The notes under the pieces are model-generated. The model worked only from the letters and a program-made list of their open reading frames with translations. It was not told the DNA's origin and did not search any database. The translations under genes were made by a program, and so were the position numbers. DNA of 64,000 nt from Eledone cirrhosa (Eukaryota), in the NCBI GenBank assembly GCA_964016885.1, contig OZ024741.1, positions 136,586,001 through 136,650,000 of the forward strand, in the 5' to 3' direction. Shown piece by piece: positions 52,798 through 64,000 of the stretch; within the stretch, counting starts at the first letter, position 1; every line of letters starts with the position of its first letter.

Positions 52798-53932
52798 TGG
52801 CAATTACCATTACCCCGGAGTATTATTTCCCTCCACCAAATACGGGGGAGGGCAACTCGACTGAGGAAGGATATGGCAATTACCATTACCCCGGAGTGTT
52901 ATTTCCCTCCACCAAATACGGGGGAGGGCAACTCGACTGAGGAAGGATATGGCAATTACCATTACCCCGGAGTGTTATTTCCCTCCACCAAATACGGGGG
53001 AGGGCAACTCAACTGAGGAAGGATATGGCAATTACCATTACCCCGGAGTGTTATTTCCCTCCACCAAATACGGGGGAGGGCAACTCGACTGAGGAAGGAT
53101 ATGGCAATTACCATTACCCCGGAGTGTTATTTCCCTCCACCAAATACGGGGGAGGGCAACTCGACTGAGGAAGGATATGGCAATTACCATTACCCCGGAG
53201 TATTATTTCCCTCCACCAAATACGGGGGAGGGCAACTCGACTGAGGAAGGATATGGCAATTACCATTACCCCGGAGTGTTATTTCCCTCCACCAAATACG
53301 GGGGAGGGCAACTCGACTGAGGAAGGATATGGCAATTACCATTACCCCGGAGTATTATTTCCCTCCACCAAATACGGGGGAGGGCAACTCGACTGAGGAA
53401 GGATATGGCAATTACCATTACCCCGGAGTATTATTTCCCTCCACCAAATACGGGGGAGGGCAACTCGACTGAGGAAGGATATGGCAATTACCATTACCCC
53501 GGAGTGTTATTTCCCTCCACCAAATACGGGGGAGGGCAACTCGACTGAGGAAGGATATGGCAATTACCATTACCCCGGAGTGTTATTTCCCTCCACCAAA
53601 TACGGGGGAGGGCAACTCGACTGAGGAAGGATATGGCAATTACCATTACCCCGGAGTATTATTTCCCTCCACCAAATACGGGGGAGGGCAACTCGACTGA
53701 GGAAGGATATGGCAATTACCATTACCCCGGAGTGTTATTTCCCTCCACCAAATACGGGGGAGGGCAACTCGACTGAGGAAGGATATGGCAATTACCATTA
53801 CCCCGGAGTGTTATTTCCCTCCACCAAATACGGGGGAGGGCAACTCGACTGAGGAAGGATATGGCAATTACCATTACCCCGGAGTATTATTTCCCTCCAC
53901 CAAATACGGGGGAGGGCAACTCGACTGAGGAA
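52798..53932. repeat. Near-perfect minisatellite, 15 x 76 bp
   Basis: CAATTACC at 52801, 52877, ...; one recurrent A/G site and one singleton change. Confidence 0.98.
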
Positions 53933-55904
53933 AGAGCCGAATGGTTGGTGTGAGTGATATCGCTCACTATTCACCACGAAAATACTTACGCAATCTTGAC
54001 CAATCGTGCAGCAAAAGGTGCAGTAGAGTTTTCCCACCTCCCTATTTCTCATCACCTTTTCACTTTTTTTCATTTTGATATTTGTCATTTACTCTATATT
54101 AATATCTCCTCATTGTAAGAAGTACTTCCCTTCTTTACCTCCACAACCTCTACCATCAATTGGTTTCGCATCACTTCAGTTTTCTCTCTATTGACTAATT
54201 GTAAATTTCTAACATCTGCTAATGTCTTCATTCAATTCAATTAAAATTCTCTAGGGTCCTTACCGAAACACTAATTTATTTTCTAAGAGCTAACACAATT
54301 TAATGTGACCAGTACAATAACTTTAATTAATTACGACTATACCTGTATTAATGAGGGGCGGGGGTAAAAAGGAATGGACCTCCATCGGTTTCGGTGATGA
54401 TTGTTCAAGTTGTAAGAGGTTGGTCCTTTCTGAAACAACCGATTTAATTTTTACGAGCTAACATAACTTAATGTGACCACCATAATAGCTTTAATTAACT
54501 AAAACTATATGTCAGAGATCAAGGAGTCGCTACTTTGCTGAATCGAGAGATCAGTTCCCATATTGTGGATATGTGGTTAGAATATCTAAGGAGAGGATGG
54601 CTGGACAGATTTTAGGATAAAGTCAACCGGCAGGAGACGCAGAAGTAGACCACGGGCATGATGGGTGGATAATATCTATGAGCTTGGCTGGTCTCGCTTG
54701 AGGATCCAGCTGGATCAATTGGAGGCGTTTGTTTCTGACAGGACCCGCTGGAAAGAGTGTTTGAGGACTCTGCCCCAATGACCCTCCCAGGAATGAGTGG
54801 GAGAAGAAGGAAAAGAAGAAAGGAGGAGGAGGAGTGGGGGGACTATACCTGTTCAAATAAAGTGGGGCTGGAATGGAATTGAGTGTCCCACCGTCTGTTT
54901 CGATGATGAGTGTTGTAGATGTTCGATGATTTGTAAATATTGAGGTAAGAGGAGGGAGAGAGGTGGGGGAAGAGCGAGAGAATTGTTGCTGTTATTTAGC
55001 AGTAGGCTAGCCTTGAATCAACACACATATTGATGATGAATCATCCATTGATTTCGACGATGAACATCAACTGATCATCCAACAGGTGAATTGACGCGTA
55101 AGTGGCTGAGTACTCCACAGACACGTGTACACTTAATATATCTCAGGATATTCAGCGTGACACACTGATCCTTTGAAGTACAAGTATAGATCATTCAAGT
55201 CTACCCTATTTTACTCAGAAGACATGGGTTGACCCGAGGCTAAGGTCAATTAGACTCGACCAAGATGTCGTCTAGAAAGATTGAACTCGGAATGTTGAGA
55301 TTGTGAAGCTAACCTCAACACAGATTCTGTCCACCCAATTTTATTCAGAAGACTTGGAACCACCCTGAGTCTATGATAAATCCTATTTACCCATGATTAC
55401 ATGCAGGCTCGGAATGACCCGAGGCTGTAAAATCTGACAATTGTCCAAAATGCCCCAAAGTAAGATCGAACTTCGATACAGATTTAGGCGACTCAATCAT
55501 ATTCAGATGGCTTTGAACGGTCCAGTGCCATCGTAAACGCTTGACTAAAGTAACACGCAATGGGATCAAACACCTGATCTTATGATTGCGAAGTGAATTT
55601 CTAAACCATCCAGCCATGTCTGTGTTCAGTAGAGGAGCGGTAAACATTGCTGAATCATTCTTAAGTAAACCAAAAGGAAAATCAAGGGGGACAACTCAAA
55701 ATCCAAAACAAAACATGGCTGTGTAATTAGGAGACTCAAGTAACAAAACCACCAGATCTCAGGTTCAATCATGATGCGAAAGACCTTGGACATTTGTTTT
55801 CTATAATATTGCTAATGACTTGTGAATTTAAAAATTGTATGCATGCAAGGTCCCGTAATTCATGAGAGAATCGTAGGGGTGTTGTGTTGACATATGGCGT
55901 TTCT

Positions 55905-56168
55905 AAGGTATTTTATTTTCAATCGGGTGGGACCCATCTCCTCCGTAGGTTTGAATACAGCAGATTTCTTCCAGAGAAGGATAGGGAGAGTGAGAGAATA
56001 GAAATGAGAAAGAATCATAGAGGAAGAATCGACCCCAGTACTTGACTGGTACTTCTTTTATCGACCTCGAATGGATAAAAGGCAAAGTTGACCTCGGCGA
56101 GATTTGATTTAAAGAGACGAAACGAATACAACAAAGCACTCTATCAGACGTTCTAACGATTTTGCCGA
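55905..56168 (-). mobile_element. Meta-like SINE subfamily with a longer 3' part
   Basis: TTTTATCGACCTCGAATGGATAAAAGGCAAAGTTGACCTCGGCGAGATTTGA; 3' part (CAGATTTCTTCCAGAGAAGGATAG) shared with ~47260-47425. Confidence 0.7.
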
Positions 56169-57019
56169 TTATAAAATGACCAATTATCAAACATTAACTA
56201 AAGATCTTTTTTTTGTTTGTTTTTTTTAGAACGTAGATTATGCGGCTCAAAGGATTTTAGTCGTAAAGTAATTCGAAACATTAAAAAAGATAATTGATTT
56301 GTGATGACAAACAGGTACAATAATAGACACAGACATGGCTGAACGTTTAAAAAGTTGGCTTCGAAATAATGAGGTCTTAGGCTCGATTCTGCTGCGTAGC
56401 AAGTTGGTCAAATGTTCTCAATATAACCCCATTTTTTCCTCATTTGTCTCGGTTTGGATTTTTAGAGGTTGGCGGGTCTTCCTTATTGTGTCACATTGAT
56501 TCTGTTTGAGATTTATTTTAAAGGTCTGTGGAATACTCAACCACTTACACGTTGATTCACAAGTTAGAAATTCAGTTAATCGAACAACTTAATGCTCATC
56601 GTCGAAAATGACGAAAATCCCATCATCATCATCATCATTATCAGTAACATTAAACCAGTGTTCATAATGGGAGCTTTATAAAACAGTATTCAGAATTGAT
56701 ATATTTTTTGTCACAAATCAAAACCCATGCAATAAATGTGTGTGTGTGCGTGTGCGTGTGTTGTTTTTTTTTTAACGTGAATGAATATTAAAAAAAAATC
56801 CGATTTTTTTCGTCATATATCAAAAATATATATACTGACGGCTGTAGAGTACAAAAAATCTGATCGTATTATACAATAAGATTCTAATTAGATCAAAAGG
56901 TTATGTCCTGTTAACGTGCTTATTCAACGGTTTTTATTAGAACTTATTCTGTATTAAAATATAAAATTGTTTCGTTTATTACATTCATTGCTTGAGAATC
57001 GGTGAAACGTAAAACTAAT

Positions 57020-57310
57020 AGTAATGGTTCTGCTGCACGTCGGGCTGAGGTGGCCAAACTCCTCAAATACCGGTCGCTCTCCGACAGGTTTGCGGTCGTA
57101 CCCCTGGCAGTGGAGACTTCTGGTGTCCTCGGCCCCAGGGCTACCTCCTTACTCACCACCATAGGTGCTGAGCTGGCCAGCCGCAGGTGTGAGCCCCGCG
57201 AGTTGGAGTGGCTTTTCCAGCGCGTCTCCCTTGCCGTCCTCCGGGGAAACGCCTTCTCCATTCTGTCCGCCGGGGTTGTAGGTGTGCCCCATCGCGTACC
57301 GTTGTAGTTG
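57020..57310 (+). pseudogene. C-terminal fragment of a CRE-clade-like retrotransposon (restriction-like endonuclease region)
   Basis: GC-rich island; AARRAEVAKLLKY..VPLAVETSGVLG..LFQRVSLAVLRGNA matches the C-terminal pattern of CRE-type ORFs. Confidence 0.75.
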
Positions 57311-57484
57311 TTTTATACAGATATTAACTCATCAATCCTATTGTACTGAAGTCGTAGACTAAAATTAGAGTAATAGTCGCAATCTGTCATTTTAGCTTTA
57401 AAATGATGTGCGTATATATATATATAACATTATCGCCCCCATACTCTCTCACACACACACACATATATAATATATATATATATA

Positions 57485-57562
57485 CAGGGTGTTCCCAAAA
57501 ATGTATACAAATATTTATTGGAATGCTGTTGAAGTGTGTATACATTTTGTGGGGACACCCTG
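57485..57562. mobile_element. 78-bp copy of the Tc1/mariner-type MITE in opposite orientation
   Basis: TA|CAGGGTGTTCCCAAAAATGTATACA ... TGTATACATTTTGTGGGGACACCCTG; interior is the reverse complement of 51635-51660. Confidence 0.8.
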
Positions 57563-57673
57563 TTTATATATATATATATATATATATAACAAAGGAATTG
57601 TGGTAAGGAACCAGATGGACCATAACGCACCAGATTACTCAATACTTAGGGTAGTAGAGTGGGAAATAGGAAA

Positions 57674-57743
57674 AAGACCCCGACGGCAGAGCTCTATTCA
57701 GAAATAGCCGTCGAAACGGCTTGAGCTCTGCCGTCGGGGTCTT
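57674..57743. repeat. Perfect 21-bp GC-rich inverted repeat enclosing two small hairpins
   Basis: AAGACCCCGACGGCAGAGCTC (57674-57694) / GAGCTCTGCCGTCGGGGTCTT (57723-57743). Confidence 0.9.
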
Positions 57744-57752
57744 ACTTTTTCT

Positions 57753-57855
<103 letters not shown>

Positions 57856-58028
57856 ATTGTAGGACAAATTCTGTGTCTTAGCATTCTAAATGGTAGAAAT
57901 ATCAGTACACACAAAGAAAACAGTAAAAAGATATGACAAAGAAATAAAAACCGAAAAAATGTTGCCAGAAAGGCAACCTTCTTGGTATTTAGGGGAGCTG
58001 TGCCGCTGAGAAGTTATTATTATTGTAT

Positions 58029-58412
58029 AGTATTAAGGAGACATATACCACAAGGTACACCATAATTGGTATCAGTGAAGTATTTATTACCAAAATTACT
58101 CAACAGATGAGCATAAAATTATGAATAATTTGGGGCTGTGAAATAAGTTTATAAATTGAAAGAAGAGACGGAACAGACAGAACTATCCTGATGATACATA
58201 ATATGAAAGACAACAAATGCATATATACAAGCGTTTTAAGGCCATTTTGCTTGCTGAAGCAGTGAGTCATCTGACAAGTTTCATACTTATCAACCCCAAA
58301 TTATTCATAATTTTATCGTCATCTGTTGAGCACTTTAGGTAATAAATACCTCGCTGATACCAATTATGGTGTATCCTGTGGAGAATGCGTGTATGTATGT
58401 CTCTTTAATACT
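58029..58412. repeat. Foldback element with ~107-bp imperfect inverted arms
   Basis: 58029-58135 vs 58294-58412 (CACCATAATTGGTATCAG / CTGATACCAATTATGGTG; ATGAATAATTTGGGG / CCCCAAATTATTCAT). Confidence 0.85.
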
Positions 58413-59021
58413 AAGTACATGTATATATGTTTGTATAATTAATTAATTTAATTAGACAATTCTGTTGATTGGTTAATTATTTATGTTTGTTTAATAACGT
58501 CTTTTATTCAGAATGTTGAACGGAATTATTTTCCTTTGTTAACACTTTGAATTTGCCCGCCAAAAACCGGGGGTTACTTCCCTTGTTGGAAATAACGCGT
58601 AACAACGAAAGACTGAATGCTGTCTATTGTAACAGTCGTCCTGAGTTGCAGTTCACACCGGCTTGAGGCATAGAACGAAATATCTGACGATGACGTGAAT
58701 CCTCTGTTCGATCATAGAATACCACAAGCTTACGTATTACGTAAGTTGGATTGATGATTTCGAATTCATAGAAAAATATCGGACGTATTGCAGAATATCG
58801 TTCGATCTGTCCAGGTCTGTTGTCTAACCTGATTAGTTTTTTCGTTGTTTTGGTATTGTATGGGTGGGTTTTTGCCTGCCGCAATTTTCAATTTGTCAAG
58901 CTATCTAAACTTATGTTATTACTCTAAGGACCTACCCTTATTGAGTGCTTTGCTACTCATTCCTAATTGTAGGTCGATTTTGCTTGGCCGCAGCCAAAGC
59001 TTCGATTTTATTATGCTCCCA

Positions 59022-59053
<32 letters not shown>

Positions 59054-59054
59054 A

Positions 59055-59262
59055 AGTGGTCATGTAGGAGACACAGTAAAAAGGCTCCCAGTCTACACCG
59101 TAAAAGTGGTTGGTGTTAGGAAGGGCATCCAGCCGTAGAAAACCTGCCAGGGACATTTCCGTAAGAGTGAAACACGGTTTCCTGACCAATCTCACATCAA
59201 ATGAAACAAAACCGCCTAACCCATGCTAGCGTAGAAGATGGACGTTAAACGATGATGATGAT
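59055..59262 (+). mobile_element. 3' part of a SINE with (GAT)n tail
   Basis: GTGGTTGGTGTTAGGAAGGGCATCCAGCCGTAGAAAAC..AACCCATGCTAGCGTAGAAGATGGACGTTAAACGATGATG; related ends at ~60590-60660 and ~62580-62735. Confidence 0.7.
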
Positions 59263-59660
59263 ATATATACACGTGCTTGTTATATTTGGTGTTAGTTAAT
59301 CCACTGACACTAGTGTACACAAGATAGAGCACTCAACGAAGTATTCATGTAAATCTGTGTACTGAGTATTGGTATGACAATGAAGCAAAAGCAGTAGGTA
59401 AGAGTTTATCTGATTTAATCGATTGATAATAACTGTTATGTAACAGTTATAACCTCATCAGACAGTTATACCATAACAGAAAATTAAATGAACAAATTAG
59501 ATAAACAAAAATAAAATGAGTAAATGTAATCAATAAAATGAGGTAAATTCTAACCTACTGGCTTCTACTTTCAGGTAGACGCGTTCCATCATCCACTTTT
59601 TGAAAAAAATAAATCATACACAAAACGCCAGCACCAACAGTTTTGCAAGAGATGTCAACA

Positions 59661-59865
59661 ACCTGTTATTTTTATCTAAAGACATTTTTTCCAATTCCAA
59701 CCTGCCCGTCCCCTCAATCTATCTTATTTCTCATTCTTTCTGATGAAGAAAGACTAGCGTCTGAAACGTTAAGACCCTCTTCCTGCTATATCAAGCGTTA
59801 ATCTAATATATCCCTTCCATATACTGTACCAATTGTGTTATTATTTCTGTTTACCTTTTACATAC
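59661..59865 (+). mobile_element. Copy of the ~200-bp hammerhead-bearing repeat
   Basis: Reverse complement of 37805-38009; core CTGATGA-AGAA-AGAC(TAGC)GTCT-GAAACGTTAAGA at ~59740-59774 with small indels. Confidence 0.7.
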
Positions 59866-59871
59866 ATTATA

Positions 59872-60374
59872 TCTATATATATAAAGTTGTAGTTCCTGTC
59901 TGTTTGTTTGTTTGTTCACGAACTCCTCCTATGGTTTTGGAGATAGACCCCATAATCATATATATATTCTGAAACTACATTGCCCAGGGTACTTGGATAA
60001 GTATATTTCATTTTAATCAAAGGGTTCCCCTGGAGCACAAACCCCCACTGAAAATGTTTTCCCTTCGATTTATATGAAATTTAAACCATAGGTAAATGAC
60101 AAGATATGATGCCTATTCACAAACGTTTTGAATTGATATTTTGAAAATAAATTATTTACAAGAAACAAAATAAGAATAAGATTTAATAATGTAATTTTGA
60201 TTTGATATATTACAAAAAATAATGTTTTCCAATGTTTCATGCATTACATTTTACATTGAGTAATATTGAAATGCAGAGTTTTTCTCCATAAATTATATCA
60301 CTGATTTAAAATCAATCATCATTTTCTTACAAAAAAAATACGTGAAACGCAGCAAGGCGCAAGTAATTCGGCTA

Positions 60375-60375
<1 letters not shown>
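59872..60375 (+). mobile_element. Non-autonomous Helitron (~500 bp)
   Basis: A|TCTATATATATAAAG 5' end, (TTTG)n tract, GC-rich degenerate subterminal hairpin and CTAG|T 3' end; no TSD. Confidence 0.7.
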
Positions 60376-60417
<42 letters not shown>

Positions 60418-60511
60418 CAAAGAGATATTTAATTTGTTGGTTATTCAACAAATTTATTTATAACAGATTCAAAGCACTCTACATGTTTTCTGGAGTAATC
60501 AATGATATTAG

Positions 60512-60569
<58 letters not shown>

Positions 60570-60656
60570 AGTACTGACTTGATCTATGCTGACCTATCCA
60601 ACCCTTGCTAGCAGGGAAAGCAAACGTTAAAACAATGATGATGATGATGATGATGA

Positions 60657-60696
<40 letters not shown>

Positions 60697-61097
60697 ATCA
60701 TAGAGTGTACAAGACTGTTTAAATAATAAATATTACAAGTAGAAAACTTTATTATGGCAGATGAGAGATGTTGAATATAAATAAAATATATTTTTCCAGT
60801 TAAACCCTTTTCTATAAGTAAAATAGTTACACAGTTAAAGTACTATCTGAGGCTGAATCTTACTAACTTGAATTTTTTTAAGAATCCTTTTTAAAGAATT
60901 GCAGTGGAATTGTGTCAGTGACAAGGTCGCAAACAGTGCTATGAAATTTTAAAAAAAGAGAAGTTCACACTAAGAAATAATTGATGAATATAAAGTGAAA
61001 ATAACAGTTTTTGTGGGATTTTTGAATAACCAAAATGACTCTTCAATCTTTTCTAAATAGCTGCCTTTTTTTTTTTTTTTCGCTAATACTTGCAGCT

Positions 61098-61575
61098 TTA
61101 ACTCCTTCGCCATCATATTTCTATTTAAATACATTGTATTTCAATTAATTGATGAAGAATTTTGATGGATTTACTAAAATTATTAATCATTTCATAACTA
61201 AGTTTATGACTTAACAAATGATTCTTATATTAAATTATGTAGGAAGATTTTTATTTATATAGGAACCCTTTAAAATGGGTGGTTTTGTTTCATAGAACCA
61301 GAACCAGTTTTGGTATTAAAAGGGTTAAAATGTCTGTTTATCAAAAAACCTTCTATCGTAATTTTATATAAGGACCTTCATTAAGTTATCTTCTTAGTAA
61401 TGAGAAAGTTAAGTTACAAAATCTCTTCAAATTTTTTCAATTTAAAAACTATTTACTAGTTCATATTCAAAAGTATGTTGGAAAATTTTTGTTTAAATAG
61501 AAACTCTTTAAAACGGTTGGTTCTGTTCCATAGAACCAAAGCTGGTTTTGGCTGGGTTGGTATGAAAAGGGTTAA
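61098..61575. mobile_element. TTAA-flanked (piggyBac-type) MITE plus adjacent rearranged copy
   Basis: TTAA|CTCCTT ... AAAGGG|TTAA at 61325-61328; second AAAGGG|TTAA end at 61572-61575 with shared CATAGAACCA. Confidence 0.6.
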
Positions 61576-61724
61576 TGATATATTTTGCATTCATACAATT
61601 CAAATCATTACAGTTTATATTATAATATAAGTAATGATGACAGTCTGAGTATCATGAAATATCACCAGAAAAGTATATGATAATAATGATGATGATCATA
61701 AAAATAATAATAATAATAATAATG

Positions 61725-61925
61725 ATTTCTGATTTAGGCACAAGACCGGGGGGGGGGGGGTGATTAAATCAATCCCAGGGTGTTACTGGTATTTTATTTT
61801 ATCGACCCTGGAGGATGAAAGACAAAGCTTAACCTCAGCAAGATTTGAACTCAGAACATAAAGGGACCTACCTATATGTTGTAAAGTATGTCTGACACTC
61901 TACCGATACTGCCAATCAACCGCCC
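61725..61925 (-). mobile_element. Meta-like SINE in an (AAT)n context
   Basis: TTTCTGATTTAGGCACAAG..TATCGACCCTGGAGGATGAAAGACAAAG..GATTTGAACTCAGAAC..CCGCC, flanked by AAT repeats. Confidence 0.8.
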
Positions 61926-62239
61926 ATATAATAATAAAATAATAATAATAATGATAATAATAATAACAACAACAACAACAATAATAATGATGATGATGAT
62001 AATGCAGATAATTAGAATTTATGGTGTAAAAGTTGGAAAAAGAAGTTCCAGAGAGTTCTTTTTAAAAAAAGTCATTAATCACAAGATTAATGTTGGCAGA
62101 AAAAAGGTGTCAGAATCAGAGAGGAATATCTGAAGATGGTGGAACAGATAATGGATGTTCTGGACTGTGTTTCTGAAATACAAAACAAAATAGAAATATT
62201 TATTTACATAATTAAACAAGTGTATAACAAGTGTATAAC

Positions 62240-62735
62240 ATTGTCACAACAAAAAGCACCTCACCCACCTTGTAAAGTGGTATTGTTGGTGGCATGACAT
62301 GAAACACCCAGTCCACCCTGTAAGTTGTATTGCTGGTGCCATGAGAATAAGACACCAAGTCCACTCCATAAGGTTGTAGTGCTGTTGCCAAGACAAAAAG
62401 CATCCAGTCCACCCTGCTGGTGCTATGAGAAAGAGCAACTTGCCCACCTTGTAAGGTGGTATAGCTGAGGCCACAACAAAAAGCACTTAGTCTCGTAAGG
62501 TGGTAGTGTAGGTTCTTTGACAAAAATCACCATGTCCACTCTGTAAAGTGGTTTTGCTGGTGCCACAACAAAAATATCAACATGGCTGGTGTTAGAAAGA
62601 GCAACAAGCCATAGAAACCAAGCCAAAAATGGAACCTATGAGCAAGATGTGGCCATCTGAGCAGTCTAGCCTCAGAATGGGAAAATCTGTCTAACCCATG
62701 AAAGTATGGAAAATAGATGTTATGTAGTGATAATG
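62240..62735 (+). repeat. Degenerate ~48-bp minisatellite (~7 copies) leading into a SINE 3' end
   Basis: CCAC(C/T) anchors at ~62265, 62313, 62361 and 62409; continues into TGGTGTTAGAAAGAGCAACAAGCCATAGAAACC. Confidence 0.75.
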
Positions 62736-62879
62736 AAATATACAGTTTAAAGTTGCAGTTAATCTTGAAAATTATGAAGAATTAGAACGGATTTAGTAAA
62801 ATATAGGGACAGCTCCTGCCTAAACAGGTTTAGCTGGCCTCCTATGAGGTTATATCTGATAAGAAGTTTCTTAGGTGTT

Positions 62880-63129
62880 TTAACCCTTATCTACCTGAAA
62901 CTGCTCTTGTTTCTATGATACAAAACTGTTTATTTTCAAGTGTTTATATTTATCTAGTCTCTCCATCATACCTTTATGTAAGAACTTTTATGTTATGTTC
63001 CAAACACCCGATTAATAATGAGAAAGTTAGTTATATTACTAAATCTCAACAAATCCTTGATTATTTCCAAAATGATTTGAAAATCATAGGCTGTGTATTT
63101 CATAAGAAATATGATAATGAAAGGGTTAA
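62880..63129. mobile_element. ~250-bp TTAA-flanked (piggyBac-type) MITE
   Basis: TTAA|CCCTT ... AAGGG|TTAA; interior is an inverse relative of the 61.1-kb copy (TTCTATGA). Confidence 0.7.
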
Positions 63130-63248
63130 AGATAGGGACATGAAATAAAACAGTTAAAGATTTATTTAGCAAATAAATACACACTAACACTTTCATAAAC
63201 ATATTTTTGAAGAAACACAATACCTATCACCAAAACTTTAGATGGTTG

Positions 63249-64000
63249 CTACATGCAAATGCTAAGACGTCGGAGCTTCACTGTATCCATGCCCAGGGAA
63301 GCAAAGCGTTCAGAGTATGGTAGATGCCTGATCGAGGCTATTCGCTTGGTTGCACGTCTCCGAACAGTTTCCAGTAGGTCAATGTTCTGAGCAAGATAGG
63401 GGTTCCAGACTGGTAATACAAATCTAAGTCTGGCCACACCATAGTTATATACAGCTTTAAATAGATAGCTGGAGAGCAGCTGACAAAGGTCTTGCTGAGT
63501 GATGCCAAGAAACCTTCGGCCTTCTTGATAATTTTAGAGATGTACTTTGTCCAATGCAAATCGTTGCTGACAGTAATGCCCAGGTCACGTTCACAAGAAG
63601 ACTTCTTGATATTAGTGTTGTGGAGAGAGTATGTGGATGCTGGGTTTTTCCTCCCAAAATGCATGGTGGTACACTTGTCCACAGCCAGCTTAAGTGCCAG
63701 TCCATGATCCATTGCTGCATTGTGTCCAGGTGATTGCAGAAAAGATCTATAGTGTTCAGGATCTGTCCTTTTTATCTCAAGGTATAGCTTGATGTCATCT
63801 GCATATTTCAGCACTGTGGCATTCTTTAAGTTGGCATCTATGTCATTAATATATGCAACAAACAAAAGGGGGCCAAGAACAGATCCCTGTGGTACACCAG
63901 ATGACATCTCATAGGGTGAAGAATGCTGTCCTAGAACCGTGACTACCTCTTTTCGACTGAGAATGAAGGACTTTAACCAGTTAAAAAGATCATCTCTCAC
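63249..64000 (-). pseudogene. CR1/L2-clade LINE reverse transcriptase fragment, frameshifted, continuing beyond the window
   Basis: SGVPQGSVLGPLLF, YINDI, YADDIKLY, KCTTMHFG and ERDLGI, then in another frame LETVRRRATKRI..YSERFASLG. Confidence 0.92.

Noticed and set aside
52798-53932. tRNA gene array, CRISPR array or complete hammerhead/retrozyme array (76-bp unit)
   Set aside because: No cloverleaf or GTTCRA B box on either strand, no spacers, and no GAAA or stem I partner for CTGAGGA
58624-58884. 86-aa non-repetitive ORF as a possible host exon
   Set aside because: No recognisable motif and no polypyrimidine acceptor; cannot be supported without homology or RNA data
59429-59452. Palindrome ATAACTGTTA-TG-TAACAGTTAT as the ancestor of the 26-bp satellite
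   Set aside because: Shared ACTGT/ACAGTTATAA is short and AT-rich, so chance is plausible; better explained as part of a foldback or hammerhead remnant

Overview
Eukaryotic, AT-rich, repeat-dominated DNA. The SINE families and microsatellite load suggest an octopus/cephalopod genome (inference). I see no convincing host protein-coding gene, tRNA, rRNA or CRISPR. Bases 1-32.7 kb are one satellite array of about 1,260 copies of a 26-bp monomer, with nested higher-order duplications and only two visible indels. Two SINEs and an orphan monomer end the array, followed by a 63-bp (CAA/CAG)-based minisatellite. The remainder is mostly transposon remnants. These are: a 5'-truncated L1/Tx1-clade LINE (APE-RT-zinc finger ORF2) plus two short sister copies, all sitting in (GATA)n; a deleted mariner with ~103-bp TIRs; two CRE-like fragments; a CR1-like RT; a non-autonomous Helitron; several MITEs and SINEs; a near-perfect 15 x 76-bp array; and several inverted-repeat cassettes carrying minimal hammerhead-ribozyme motifs of the Penelope type. 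The best leads are the apparent (TATC)n-targeting Tx1 family and the hammerhead-bearing inverted cassette at 37.2-37.8 kb. All calls were made by eye, without database searches.
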